Under the pieces are notes generated by a model. That model was given only the letters and a program-made list of their open reading frames with translations. It searched no databases and was not told the DNA's origin. Source: Ptychomitrium polyphyllum (Eukaryota). From it: DNA of 64,000 bases. The stretch lies in NCBI GenBank assembly GCA_973851085.1, contig OZ316775.1, forward strand, positions 10,416,001 to 10,480,000, read 5' to 3'. Below, piece after piece: positions 39,086 through 52,300 of this stretch (within the stretch, counting starts at the first letter, position 1; each line of letters begins with the position of its first letter). The position numbers and the translations under genes are program-made.

Positions 39086-41320
39086 AAAACTTCTTATGTA
39101 AGTTATCTCCAGTGTGTGTACATTGCACAGCTTGCTCTATGAACCTGGTAAGGTAAGGAACTCCAGGGCAAGCAAGGAGTAACAATGATAGCAATTGCAG
39201 CATTCATTGCTACTCCACCCATAGCCTACAAGGATAGTGGAGGTGCATTGTAACAGTAATGCATGACCTTGATGTCGGTTACAGTAGATCAACTCTCAGC
39301 AATCAAAGAGGTAGACCACTGTAGTGTAACTCCCACCTACACTTGCACGCTGCATTTCCCAGGGTGATGGTCTCGTTCATTTCCTAAAAGTGTTCCCCCT
39401 GTTTACTGATCATAACATTCTCAGCAACTGTCCACACAATAGTTGTGACGTCAAGATGACATCCACACATAACTTATCAATTTGATGTCATCTTGATGCC
39501 ATCTTGATGCCATCTTATATCAAACGAATGAATGATGTAACGAACGAATGAATAAATCTTGTGGATGTATCCATTTAAACTTACCTCTAGTCTCACCATT
39601 AAATTATCACAAAATTTAAAAGTTGGAATTCAAAAGTTTACCACAAACCAAAAGCAAACATTTTTTTAAGTAGAATATTTTTGGAATTGATTTGGAACAA
39701 GATATTGTCCATGTGGCAATTCTTTTATTCTTTTTGTTGTTCAAAGCCATGATCCAATTTTTTGTAAGGTCACTTTTCAACTAAAAATCAATTTAAATTT
39801 AATTTGGTCAAATTTTCTTGTGTTTCTACATATTTCAATGAAGTATAGATTTTGATAATAACTATCCAACGTTTGAATAGGATTGTAACTTCACAAATTA
39901 TTTTTAAATAGTTGTTTAACAAAACTTACACAATTAGGGAAATTTTTGATGATTTGGTGGTGATAGTCTTGGTAGCAATCATCAAAAAAAATTGAGGTAA
40001 AAAAGGCATAAAAGAAGAATTTTGGACTGTGAAGATTGGTATTGATCCAAATAGGATTAAAAAGGCTTATAGAAATTAAAGATGGGAACACCTATTATTA
40101 TAGTTTTAAGATAATTAAGCATGGTAGCATTATTAAACCAATTTCTTTTATTTTGGTGGATTATATCTACAAGAGAGAAAAATTTCCAACATACTAAAAA
40201 GTTTATGAATATCTTAAACAAATTTTTTTAGACTTGGTTATTTATTTTAAAGTAGTTGACAAGCTTGCTAATAAATGAGATAATGGATATAATATTTTTA
40301 ATCCATAAATATAGACGCTTCTATGCATAGAATATTATGGATAGTAATATTAAGCCATAGAAATATTTCTATGGAATATTCTAAAATTTATTGCATTAAA
40401 TATTAAACTTGCTATGATAATAGTTATAGCAAATGAAAAGTTTGGATAAAACAAGTGTTGGCATTAAAAAATAAGTAGCATTATTCATTGTGAAATTTTC
40501 TATGTAGCATGTGAAGGCTCTATAATCAAAGAGATAGTAAAAGATCTATTTAGTTGCAGAGAGATTGGAAAAGCAACTCTATGAAAAGAAGGAAAGAATG
40601 GCCAATAAGGATGTAGCAATAAAAAGAGGTTGAAAAAATGAAAGGCAAATAAGCTAATGAATTACAACAAAGTACAGAGGCCGGGAGGACAAAGATAGGG
40701 GCCAAAAAGAATTGGCAGCTATCAAATGGCATTAAGGATTTGTGGCCAAAGAACTCCCTATGGCCACTTTTTATATTGCAATTTGTTTTTTTAATTATTC
40801 CTATAGTTTTAATTTAAGAATTACCTCCATAATTTTTATTTACAAATCATTCCTATAATCTCACTTAAGAAAAATGTTCAAAGGCATACTTGGCATACAG
40901 CTTGAAACATTATAAAAATTGAAAGACTTCAATTAAGTTTAAAGAGTACTTTAAGCATGTACTTATCCATCTTATAGGAATGGATAAATTTATCAAATAT
41001 CTAATACTTACAATTTAGGTGTTCAAATTTGAAGTCTTCAAAGAACAAAATCTTCATCTACACTAATCTAAAGAAGAATTCTTCAAGTCAAAAGTCAAGA
41101 AACCATCACATGTAAGCTTAACTTTAAATTTGGCTCCATGACAAAACCTTTTTAGATATTCTCATAAAATCATAGAAACATACTTATTAAAGAGAAGAAA
41201 CTTTCATTCAATTGAGAAAAATGAACAATATTCTTTACAAAGGTCAAACATAACATCCAAAATATATTTTTAGTTAATTTGGATGCCAAACCTGACCCTT
41301 ACATACAATACGAAGCAAAT

Positions 41321-41400
41321 GTACACAATATGATACCAGAGTACACCGTATGATACTAATATACACCGTATAATGACAGTGTGGACCTTACGATGCCAGT
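41321..41400. repeat. Four degenerate 20-bp tandem units
   Basis: gtacacaatatgataccaga / gtacaccgtatgatactaat / atacaccgtataatgacagt / gtggaccttacgatgccagt. Confidence 0.7.
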
Positions 41401-42030
41401 GTTGGCAACCAATACTGCAGTACTAACTTGTTACTCAACCTCAAATATAAAAAATTAATATGAGCTCCATCAATTGAGAGGCCAATGAGTCAGGATCCCC
41501 GCGACCTAACCAACTGACAACTTGATCACGAAGTTTGAGAATTATGTGACACACCAATGACCAGCAAACATACTAATGGTAATTGTAAAATACGTCAAAC
41601 TCATCGCTCATGAATTTAATGGAGATGGAGACAGTCCACGAAAGATGATTGCTATTACCACACCACACTTTCATGACACTCTGCAGTCAATCCTTCAAAT
41701 CAAATCTTTACTCGTGTGTTGTATCAGTTAAGTTCTTAGCAGTTGGTGAAATAAAACTACTCACACAAGGTGAGCAAAATAAATACTTTCAAAATTCCTC
41801 TGGTCTTTTCTTTTTTTTATGAATTTTAATAATTGTTGAGTAGGTTTACTTTGAGGTAGCAATTGATTTGGATTGCACTGCATTTAGGAAACTGAGGCGA
41901 AGTTTTGCTATGCCAAGATTACCTATGTTAATAAGCCACTATACTTATAAGAAATTATGATAGTTTTAATTTTTTACATTTATGTGATATCTTCAAGCAA
42001 TTTGAAGTTATAAAGAACTATATAGTTTCT

Positions 42031-42166
42031 TTAGAAATTTTATTGTGGATGATGTTACTTTTGGTCTTGTTATATTTTAATGATTCATGATGATATCATT
42101 AGAAATTTTATTGTGGATGATGTTACTTTTGGTCTTGTTATATTTTAATGATTCATGATGATATCA
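42031..42166. repeat. Perfect 68-bp tandem duplication
   Basis: ttagaaattttattgtgg...gatgatatca occurs twice head to tail (42031-42098, 42099-42166). Confidence 0.95.
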
Positions 42167-43192
42167 TTAATCTAGATCTTACCAAATTTTGAAAATTATA
42201 ATGAAAAGAAAGTTTGCCCGCTTAAAAAGAGTTTGGATTGTCATTCTTCCTTTACACAAAACTCTTGCATTATAGACTAATTCTTAGCATCAAAAACCAT
42301 AAAAATGTAGTGCCATGTAGCATTGCAAAGGGCAAATTCCTTCAGTTGTTGGCTTCTAATGTGAAAGCCTACCAAGCAAACTTTTGCTCGTGACCAATCA
42401 GATTGCTAGGATGATTTGATTGCTTGACGCATGGCAATAGTGTGAAGCGCCTCTAAAAGGCTGAAATTGCTAGAAGAAGCTGGATCCCGGAGTCCATCTT
42501 TTCGGAACCTGCTTTGCTTGCTTTTTTCATGGTAGTGACCACTCAATTGCAGTGAATATACGGAAGCCCACCTGACAAAGATGAACCACCTCCCAAGTTA
42601 CTCACAGAAGGACTCATGTGCTTTCTCCCATGAAGCTCATCATGGATGCCTTTAGAATCATCCTTCTGAAGTCTCGTCACAGATTCCAGATGATCAGAGT
42701 TACTTCTTCAGGACACTGTCATCACTGTCACCGATTGGATTTTACTACTGATAACTGTTTGCAAAACTCAGAATCCGTAGGTTGGGAATTTAAAGTTTTT
42801 TAGTTTTTAGTTTTTTGAAAGTCCAGGTGAAAGAATAGGTGGTTAAACCCAGATGTTGTTCCCTTATGACTGGTACTATATGTTCCCAAGTTAACATGGA
42901 ACTTCAAGGACAGTGTAATTCAAACCAATGGTGCTGGTTTCTAATGTGCACACTACCAATTTTCAAGTCAGCACACACGGTCCACATTAATGCAAATGAA
43001 AATAGGCTAGAAATGGGTAAAACTACATTGCAATTGAAGCTCATTCGCACATATGATACCATAATTCGGGTGTTTCATCTTGTCCTCAACCAAACCATGC
43101 ATAACCACCCAGCAGACATGATGAGCCACCCCAGACACCCCTTTCAGAATACGCAACACAACCGAACTGAAAATGCAATAAGAGTATATGCT

Positions 43193-44482
43193 TCAATAAA
43201 AATCACTGTCTTTCAAGGTCCACAGATGCTCTATCAAGTCTGATCTAAGAGCAAAATGAGCTTCAGAATCCTCAAGCTCCTCTGTACCCTCCCTGTCATC
43301 CTCAAACGTCAAACCTCTCCTCATCTGTGTCGTGGGGCTGTGCTCAAACAAAGCCTCCAAATCGCAGCCAGACTCATTCTCAATGATCATATTGTGCATT
43401 ATCACACAAGCACGCATAATATCTGAGATGGTATCCATGTGCCATTGCCTGCAAGGGTTCTGAATAATCGCAAACCTAGACTGCAAGACACCAAAACACT
43501 GCTCCACATCCTTCCTCGCCGCCTCATGCATCTCAACGAAGTGCTCCTCCATCTCATCCTGCGGCTCCTCTATTGTTTTCACAAAGCAACTCCACTCAGG
43601 GTAGACCTCATCTGCAAGCAAATAGTATCTGGGATACATGGTACCATTCACAGCAAACCCCAACTCATCTCCTTCCCCTTTCAGCATATCACGTACCAGG
43701 GGAGACCGATCCAGCAAATTCACATCATTCTTATCCCTCGGCAAGCCGATGTAAGCATACCAGATCCAAAGACACTGGTCCACGATCGCCTCCAGAATGA
43801 AGCTCCTGTTCTTGTCTTTGTCCTCTGAATGCCCCTGCCATGCTGCAGGGCAATTCTTCCACCTCCAGTGCATACAGTCAATCGAGGCAAACATGCCAGA
43901 AAACCCTCTCCCCTCATTGATCTCCATTTGCTTCACAATATCAGCGCTACTCGGTTGCCTCAAGTAAGTAGATTCGAAGCATGCCCTGATTGCTTTCACA
44001 AACCGTTTCATGGCCTCAAATGCAGTGCTCTCACCCAACCTGCAATACTCATCAGTGGCGTCTGCTGCTGCACCGTACACAAGCATCCGCAGGGCTGCAG
44101 TGCATTTTTGAATGGACGATAATCCTAATACGCCTGCGGCGTCCCTTTTTTGAACAAAGTAGGAATCATAAGCAGTGACTCCTTCCAGAATCCTAAGAAA
44201 CAAGCCCCTGCGCATTCTATAGCGTCGTCTGAAGACGACGTCGTCGTGGGTTGGTGTGGCGCTAAAGTAATCCGCGAAGAGGCGGTTGTGGCCAGATTCT
44301 CTATCTCTTTCTAAGTTGGCAGCTCGCCCGGGGCGAGATCCGCCGTGCTTCTTGACGGGAGAGTCGGCCGTTGGGCCCAGGAGAAACCCTAACAGCATCT
44401 CCTCGCATTCGTCGTCCTCTAGGGCTTCTTGCAGAGTCCGCTTCAAGGTCTGTCTCCATTGCTGTAGCGCGATGGATTCCAT
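43193..44482 (-). CDS. PIF/Harbinger (Pong-like) transposase-derived protein, 429 aa, intronless
   Basis: FRRRYRMRRGLFLRI, QKRDAAGVLGLSSIQKCTAALRML, IDCMHWRWKNCPAAW (D1), LADEVYPEW (D2), RKDVEQCFGVLQSRF (E), CVIMHNMI, LRSDLIEHLW. Confidence 0.92.
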   Translation of the reverse strand: MESIALQQWRQTLKRTLQEALEDDECEEMLLGFLLGPTADSPVKKHGGSRPGRAANLERDRESGHNRLFADYFSATPTHDDVVFRRRYRMRRGLFLRILEGVTAYDSYFVQKRDAAGVLGLSSIQKCTAALRMLVYGAAADATDEYCRLGESTAFEAMKRFVKAIRACFESTYLRQPSSADIVKQMEINEGRGFSGMFASIDCMHWRWKNCPAAWQGHSEDKDKNRSFILEAIVDQCLWIWYAYIGLPRDKNDVNLLDRSPLVRDMLKGEGDELGFAVNGTMYPRYYLLADEVYPEWSCFVKTIEEPQDEMEEHFVEMHEAARKDVEQCFGVLQSRFAIIQNPCRQWHMDTISDIMRACVIMHNMIIENESGCDLEALFEHSPTTQMRRGLTFEDDREGTEELEDSEAHFALRSDLIEHLWTLKDSDFY

Positions 44483-44737
44483 AAAGAGAATTTCAACAAA
44501 ATCTGGCGTGTGCGTGAACAGAGAAATGTGATGGGAATTAGGGCTAACCAGCTCGGATCTTAGCTAAACCCTTGGGTCTGGAGGGGATTTTAGGATCGTA
44601 TCAGAGGTTGAGGGTGTTCGGGGGTTTTAGCACGTTCCTATGTTTTGGACTCTGCTCATCCTGCACTCAAGCGAGTACTTCGACCGAAAAGACGAGAGGA
44701 GTCGCCACTCTAGAAAAGTTTTAAAGGAAGAGCAACG

Positions 44738-45384
44738 TTACAGGAAATGCCTGCCATGGGGTTGAGCACAGGCGAGTCTGATCTTGGATTCCAGATTGCT
44801 TGTGTAATTGTCGAGGGTAGACACTAACGCCTATAGCTCCGTCACTTCCTGATCAATTTCATCAATCTGTTGGATATACTCTTTGAACCCATCGTTCTTC
44901 AACTTCAAACCCTCAACGAACACTCGAAGCCCTTCTGCAAATTCTGCTTGGTGGTCGTGCTCACTTGCCACTCTCAAGTTCATCCTCTCCAACAATTCAT
45001 ATCCGCTATTCGCAGTCTGCCAAACAGACATGGAACTCTTAAACCCACAGACTTAAAACAAGAAACTCCAAATTCATCAAACACCTAAACTCAGGAAAAA
45101 CAGAATCTCCGACCCGCGTTACCCTCAAAATCAACCCCTTCTGTCTCTTAAAACGATCATGTGTCTTGAAAGCAGCGAGCAAAGGATATCAAGAAAGCAA
45201 CCCCACGCACCTCGAGCTCGCCTTGGACAACGGTGGTGACGTTAAGGAAGAGCGTCTGCAAGGCCTTGGCAAGAGAGTCATACGGAGCCGGAGGTGCGGA
45301 AGATGAAGACTGCGATGATGGCGTGGTTTCGGAAGAAGTCTCCTCTGCTGGTGCTGGAGCAGCAACAGCTTCGCTGTCCTCCAT
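44738..45384 (-). pseudogene. BLOS2: BLOC-1 subunit 2-like gene, two exons (45384-45211, 45016-44738), with in-frame TAG at 44833-44831
   Basis: SLAKALQTLFLNVTTVVQGELE|TANSGYELLERMNLRVASE...GLRVFVEGLK...QIDEIDQEVTEL*ALVSTLDNYTSNLESKIRLACAQPHGRHFL*; canonical GT-AG intron; BLOS2-like sequence continues past the TAG. Confidence 0.8.
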
Positions 45385-46334
45385 GAAACCCACGTCTGGA
45401 AACCTTAAACCCCAAGGTTAATGATTGTCGAACTTGAGCCCCAAAATCATTAGAATCCTCCACCCCCAACTCCTCACAGAGCGGCATTAGAAACTTCAGG
45501 CACTTCTGTGAGGAGCTGGTGAAACTCCTTGTGAAAACTCCTTGTCTGATTTCTGGCAGGTGGTTACTGTAATTAGAGGTGACCACACTGTATGCCGATG
45601 CCTTCAGTTTTTGTAGATTCTGGAGGGGCTGTTTAGGGATGTGGGATAAAAGTGTAACCTTCCGCCTCGAGTACATGGAAAATTTGGAGTATGATGTCTA
45701 TTTTATCATGATGATATTTCAAGGTCATAGGGAGGGGCTACAGAAATGTGTAACTTGGGACCAACTTGTTGATTCTCAGCTCTTTTCTCTTAAGTGTTTC
45801 AGAACAGAAATTATCCACAGGTTTGATAGGTGCTGCGAAGTGTTATGAGGGGTTAAGTGTTTCTGAAAGTTATCTACCGAGTCGTAAGTAGAGTCCTGGA
45901 TTGATGACCACCACCTTGGTAGGACGTGTTGTAAGTCATGGTTCTTGTAGAGGTGGAATGTGAACTTTGAGAGGACTTCCCTGTCGCAGAAGTAGTTAAT
46001 TCAGTGGGTGCCGAATGAAACTTGCTATTTCCTTGTACTTCCATTTCTGTCTCAATCTTGATCTTGTTGTGTATTTTCCATGCAACGGTTGAATAAAACC
46101 TAAGAGAATAGATGGTTGTTTGAGCCATGATTCTGACAAATGCAAGTAGTGTTTTATAAGTCGTTCAACCTAGAGCATTTTATTACTTCTTTCCAAAGAA
46201 GTGTCTGAATATCATCAAAAATGAGTATATTTGCTCAAAAAGAGCAATGATGAAGAAAAAAATGACCTAAAATTATATACCAAATCAGCTAACATCTAAT
46301 GTATGTATGAACAATGTACTGTTACTCTAGCTCG

Positions 46335-49300
46335 TCAGTCTAGAGATGCATTTAAGGCTCGTTTTAGCTCCTCCACTAACTGAGACCGTGTGGATGGATC
46401 AACCTGCACATCAAAGATAGGAAAATCAAACATTCAGTCTTAATTGTAATTGGGGTCTATGCAACTAGAGAACTTCGAACTCTCTGGAACTACCCAACCA
46501 ACCGAGGATCAATGTTGAATGCTTACCGAACGCAGCAGTGCGTTCAAGCCCTGAGGAAGGGCTTTCAGTGCGGCAGTTGAAGATCCCAGAGCCACCATCT
46601 TCTTCACTAAGTGCTTAGTACTGAGCTCCTTCAAGTGCTCTTCCAGGCCAGCTGGTTGGTGACTCCACGCCAGAAATTCTGTGTCATCTGCCCACTCACG
46701 AGATCCGCCTATCGATGCTGTTAAGTAAACGTCTTTGATCAAAGCCAAGGCTGCAGAATGACTCAACTCCTGACCACCAGCCACTTGAAGCTGCTGAATG
46801 AGGCTTTCCTCTGCAAGCCTCCTCCTCAATCGCTTGAAGAAGAAATTTCGGGATTCAGTCCAATCTACTACCTGCACGTTAATTGCAGTTCGTCAACCAT
46901 CCATCAAATACTTGCAAATATCAGAAAAACAATATAGACTTGTCGAACAATTCTAATTTTGTCTGTGAAGAGCAACGCACCTTCTTTATAACTCCCTTGG
47001 CGGCCATCCGGTTAGGAGTATCGTGAAGCTCCATAAACTTGATTGCGATCTGCTTGTATACAGGAGTCAGGACTTTCTCCCGGGATTTGACTTGTTGCTG
47101 GATCTTATCAGATGCAGCGCTAGGTGCAGCCTTCAGCTGCTGCAACTGCTGCCGCAAAGATAGGAGCTCTGGGTCGATGCGGTGCATGCACTCCACGAGC
47201 TCCCGCATCCGGAACTTGATCTCAACCATACCTTCCGGCTCCAAGACTCCTCCCTTGGCTGTCTTCTCCGCATACATCTCTACCTTGTCGGAGTTGATTT
47301 TGCTGTCCACCACCACCCAGGCACCACCACGAAGCTCGCCGGCTTTGGGAATGAACACGAACACAGGCTGCTGATACACCCGCAAGTGTTCAACGATCAT
47401 GGAGCCGGCTTGTAGAATTCCTTCAAAGAGATCACGCTGCCCGCCTGAGAACCCTCGCCAGTTTGCAAGGATAAAGAGAGGTAGACCCTCTTTGTTAAAG
47501 TCGATCAATGCTTGCGCTGTTTTTTGAGCAGAGTCGGGGAACCACACCTGCCCAGCTTGGGGAACCACACGCTCGTGCGAGTCAAGCTGGCCAGGATCTG
47601 CTGGAATCATTTGTGTAACTGTCTGTGTTTCCACTGCCACAACTCCCACTGGAATGCCACCTAACCTCGCGCGCCCAGTAACTACAGTCTTTGCCCAGCC
47701 TTCAAGAGTCTCGGTAAAGCTTCCATTATCAAATATACCACCCAGCCACTTTCCATTACTTTCAACTCCACGGATCGCAGCACGGGGATCGCATGACGTT
47801 TCAGGGCAATATTCCACTGGTCTTTCAGGTGGGTCTGCAGATTGAAGGCAAGGAAGCGGGCCTCCCACATAAGAGGGCACATAGCTCAGCCACTTCAAGA
47901 TTGCAGAAACGCCTTCAAGATCATCTGCAACTGTTAAGTGGACAACACCGTTCACGGCCATCACCTTCGGGCCTCCCAATTGCATATGGGAGCTATAGAC
48001 TTCCCGGCCAAGTAACTTGTTAAGAGCTGAGAAGCCGGTTAAGATGATGGGCTGGTCAAGACGCTGAATGCACCGCATGCCGAGACGAGCCAAGTATGCA
48101 CCAATTCCTACAGTTCGACCTGGTACGTAAGTCAGTGTGAATGTTTCACGATAGGCTTTTGAGAATGCGCCTGCAATGGCACCGCTGCCTGAGAGATTCT
48201 CCACCCCAAGACCGTCTTGCTCTCCAATCACATCCTCAATCACCCACCTGACTTCACCAGAGTCTAGCTTCAATTCGTGGGCAATAACAGAAGACGAAAG
48301 CCGCTCGTAATCTTGTGGTTGCAGGTAAAGATACTTAAAACCACGATCAGGAGACGAGTCTTCTGACCAGCCTATGCGGAAGCAGGCACGAACTTCTTCA
48401 GCAACTCCAATCCGGGCACCTGAGTTGGCTGCGAGGTAGATAAGAGGGAGTTTCTCACGACATGCCAAGTCCGTCATAGACTTGAAGTATACATCCTCCT
48501 TGGGCCCAAACGAGCCTGCACTGAATGTCACATCGTTGGAGACAATCAACACTTTCCGCCCCTTGGGAAATTCGGGTGTGCGCATAAGCATAATCCATCC
48601 TACCATGCCCACGTTGTTGCTTGAAACAGGGCGATCAGATTCCACAAGATCAGTGCCCCAGCCTCCGTTTATATCTGACAGCACAAGTTCTGTTGCTTTA
48701 AAAATTGGAGAAGATCCTTGCGGTTCTGAGGCAATACCAGAAGCTTCTCTCCAGCATTGACGCAAAACTGTCTCAAAAAGCAAGGGGAAATCATAGCAGT
48801 AAGTAGTGTTTTGGCGCCTCGCTGCTAGTCGCTTCTGATCAATAGCATCCAAAGATTTGTACTGAGTGGACAGCGGGACACCATGCAGCGGTCCGAGCAA
48901 CGAGATGAAAGGTGAGCAGTACACCACCTTGCCCGAATCCTTATCTTGAGCTTCTCTATACACCTGCACGTCGCAGAAGAATAATGTTGAAAAGCTGAGT
49001 AACCAGAATATAGAGTTTATTGTTGACATCATAGCTTAACTCACCAAATAAAAATATGATGGGAAAAAATTACGAACCTGGACATTGCAGGTGTGGCCAG
49101 TAGGATTGGAAACTACAACACGCCATGCACCATTGCCAGCCTGAAGTTCTTTCAGACGAACACGGAACTCCCAACCAGCAATCGCAAGACGGTGCATACG
49201 CGCCCCAAGTTTCGAGTATACTTCTTGTGCCAAACCTTCCAGGGCCTGCACCACTTTCTCGACTTCATTCGTAGTGCTGCCATTCTTTTTCCTGCAAAGC

Positions 49301-52300
49301 ACCCGATCTTCCACATTAGATAGTCTGTTTGCGTAAATTTCCTCAGACACTTCCAAAATTCACGAATGAACTAAACGCATACAAAATGGTTGAAGCAACG
49401 ACTATAATACCTTGAAGCCTGAGTCAAGTCACAAAGCTCCTGAGCTCTAAGGATGCAGAGATACATGTGGATATGATCAGCTTTGCTATTGATATCATGA
49501 ACAGCCAATTCCAGCTCGTCCAAGGCTCCTTGAAGAGATTGCGTGATGCTATCCTCAACTGGCGTGATGCCACGTGAATTCAGTGGTACTCCTCCACTCT
49601 CATCCCTAGTTATAGATTGCCGGATCAGAGCCCTCAAAAACATCCTACGAGTCCTGGTCTTTCCATCGGTGGCATTATAAATGTACCACTGTCGGTTGCG
49701 TGATGGTGCGTACTGCATGCCTGTGAAACCCTTCAGCTTGACCTACAAGGGAGATTCTGGGAAGTGAGCCACGTATGTTCTTCAAAGAATATCATTCTAG
49801 TTGTACTTTTTTCCACATACTTTTAAGGATCGATTGAAACGTTTGTCTTACACATGGGATCCAATTTCATATCAATATACTCATCTCCATGATTCAAATA
49901 AGAATTTGTGTTACGTAAAATGGGTTGAAGAGGGAAAAGTGGCTTACAAGCTCAAGAAGATTAGACAGAGGCGGTTCAACATGACGCAGAAGAGGCTCCT
50001 CCGAAAAGTAATGATGTTCTTGAGACCACTGGAAGCAATGCCGGGTCGGTGCGCGACCTTCATCACGTTGAATGATGCAGCTCACCACTCCTACACCAGA
50101 TACTTGGAGCATTGCGCCCAAGCTCTCACCCTTCAGAGCCTTAGCCAGTTTCTCTACTCTTTCGTTGATTTGATCCTCGTCCCCACTGCTCGGCCCATTA
50201 AGAGATTAGAATCTAGGGAACAGATATCAAAACCACACATCCCAGATTGTCTAAACTTGCAAACACACTCAAGGATTATTCAGGAAAGAGCCTACCTGTC
50301 TTGGAATGCACTCATTGGGTTGTTGATGCCCACTAAAGCCACATGGAGGACATTGCCAAAACCACTTGGAGCACCAACAAAGGATCGGTTCCTGCGGGGG
50401 CTTCCAGCAATGTTATTGGGATGGGACATTGCAGATGTTTTTGTGGTCGGTGCTAGAATGCTTTCTGCGTCCTTGAGAGCAGCCCCAACAGCATTGGAGA
50501 GCACCTGGAGAGATGTGAGAATCACCATGGCTCCCCACCTTTTCACACCTCGATTATCGTCATCCGTCACCTCGGCAGTCGTCAACATCTCGGCGGTCGG
50601 AGGAGGATACTCTTCCCAAAATTGCCAAGTTGCAATCAACCCAGAGCGGTGCCATTGCATCCTTACTGAGCCCTTTACCAAATATGGCTGCATGATCCAA
50701 CCGAAATATAATTAATGATCACCATATATTTTTGACAACGATTACGGAATCTTTACTCACACGGTAAGGTAAACTGATCAAATCTAGTGTATCCTGGAAT
50801 TTATCAATAAGATGCAGGGCTCCACATTTACATATTTCCTGGTCAAGGGGAGCCAATGAGTAGAATTAAGCTAAAATATTGTTCACAAGGTTACCTGGTA
50901 GAGCCTGCGAACATAACTCTCAATGACACGGCGTTGCAAAGTGTGGTCACTGTGATCAAACAAGGCCACTAGGGCATCCTCAACAGGTAAAGGTGCATCC
51001 ACGAGAGCCTCCATACGCTCCTCAATGGCACTTCGACGCTTTCCGCTGTGGTGACCCTCTCCTCCATCCTCCGTAAACATCTCCAACTCAGACAAATTTC
51101 GTGCTATATTGGACCGCAGCTCACTCAGTTTTGTCTGTTCAAGGAGCTGACTAGCTCGCAAAGCCAGCTGCACTCATCGCAATAATATTCAGTATGTACG
51201 CCAAGAAGCAGAGCAATATTAAAGCGCTGCTGTAAGAACGTAGCTGAATTAATCGTTCTGGTCTTCTGAGCTGATTAAAGGCGATTCAAGTACAATGGAA
51301 AAAGAAGGGGATAACTGGACATACCTCATTGTAGTTGCTGTGATTTAGCTCTGCAAAACGGATAAGTTGCTCGCGGTAGGCAGCAGGATTGGGGTACACT
51401 AAAGCTCCCATCAACCTTAAGATCAGTTGGTTTTTCCTCTTGACCCCCTGTAGTCACAAGAAATTCAAAAAAGCATGTTCACAGTGGTTCAGAATACGAT
51501 TCATGCAATCTCAACATCATGAAAATGCATACGTGATCCTCATAGAAATTCAAGTTCAGAGATAGTCTTACCTGGTGAGACAGCACAATATCTACCACCT
51601 TTGCCAGGTCTTTCTTATGTTGCTGCCGCAATCCTTCAATAACATCAGCCTGCGCATTATCATTGAAAAGCTCTTCTACGAGGAGATATCCTTTGAAAAG
51701 ACTTTGAACAATGCTGCAAGCATGCCCTTCTCTTCCACCCACATAGGATCTGGCTAGAAATAGAAGAGGTTCCACAAGGCGTTCTAGAGCCACTCGGTCC
51801 TTTTCAGGAGAATTTGCCAAGCAAGTCTGCAGACATTAAGCTAAGTTGAGAATCAAGCTTGAATTCAAAAAGCAGTTGACACCAAACTTCAGAACTTAAA
51901 GCAGAGAACGTAGATAAGATAATAGTCAGCGGCATAGCGCACCTCAATTATTCCAGTTAATGTCTTGGCTGGGAAGTCTGGTCCCTCTCCATTCTGCTGG
52001 AAACTGGTCTCATAGTCACGAAATTCAGCATCCAGCTGCTCACACATTGTGAAAAGTGAGCCAGAGTCATTCATATTAGAATAATTTCAATAATACATTG
52101 AAGATACTTAAACAATTGAACGTGAAATATCCTACCTGCGCTTTCAGCTCCTTTGGAAGTCGTGTGGCAAGAACAGCCATGCATTCCTGCCATTGTAGCA
52201 AGGGTAGCTGTGGATCATCCAAACAGGTGAGAACGGTCTTTACCACCTGCAAGACAGCAAACCCAATTGACAACAAACCATCAGTTCGTGTCATTGAGAT

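Noticed and set aside
41321..41400. CRISPR-like or iteron-like array
   Set aside because: Units are adjacent with no unique spacers and the DNA is eukaryotic; an ordinary degenerate minisatellite.
49801..50715. 304-aa + strand ORF
   Set aside because: Antisense to ACCase exons and introns, TTG start, no recognisable motifs; most likely a shadow ORF.
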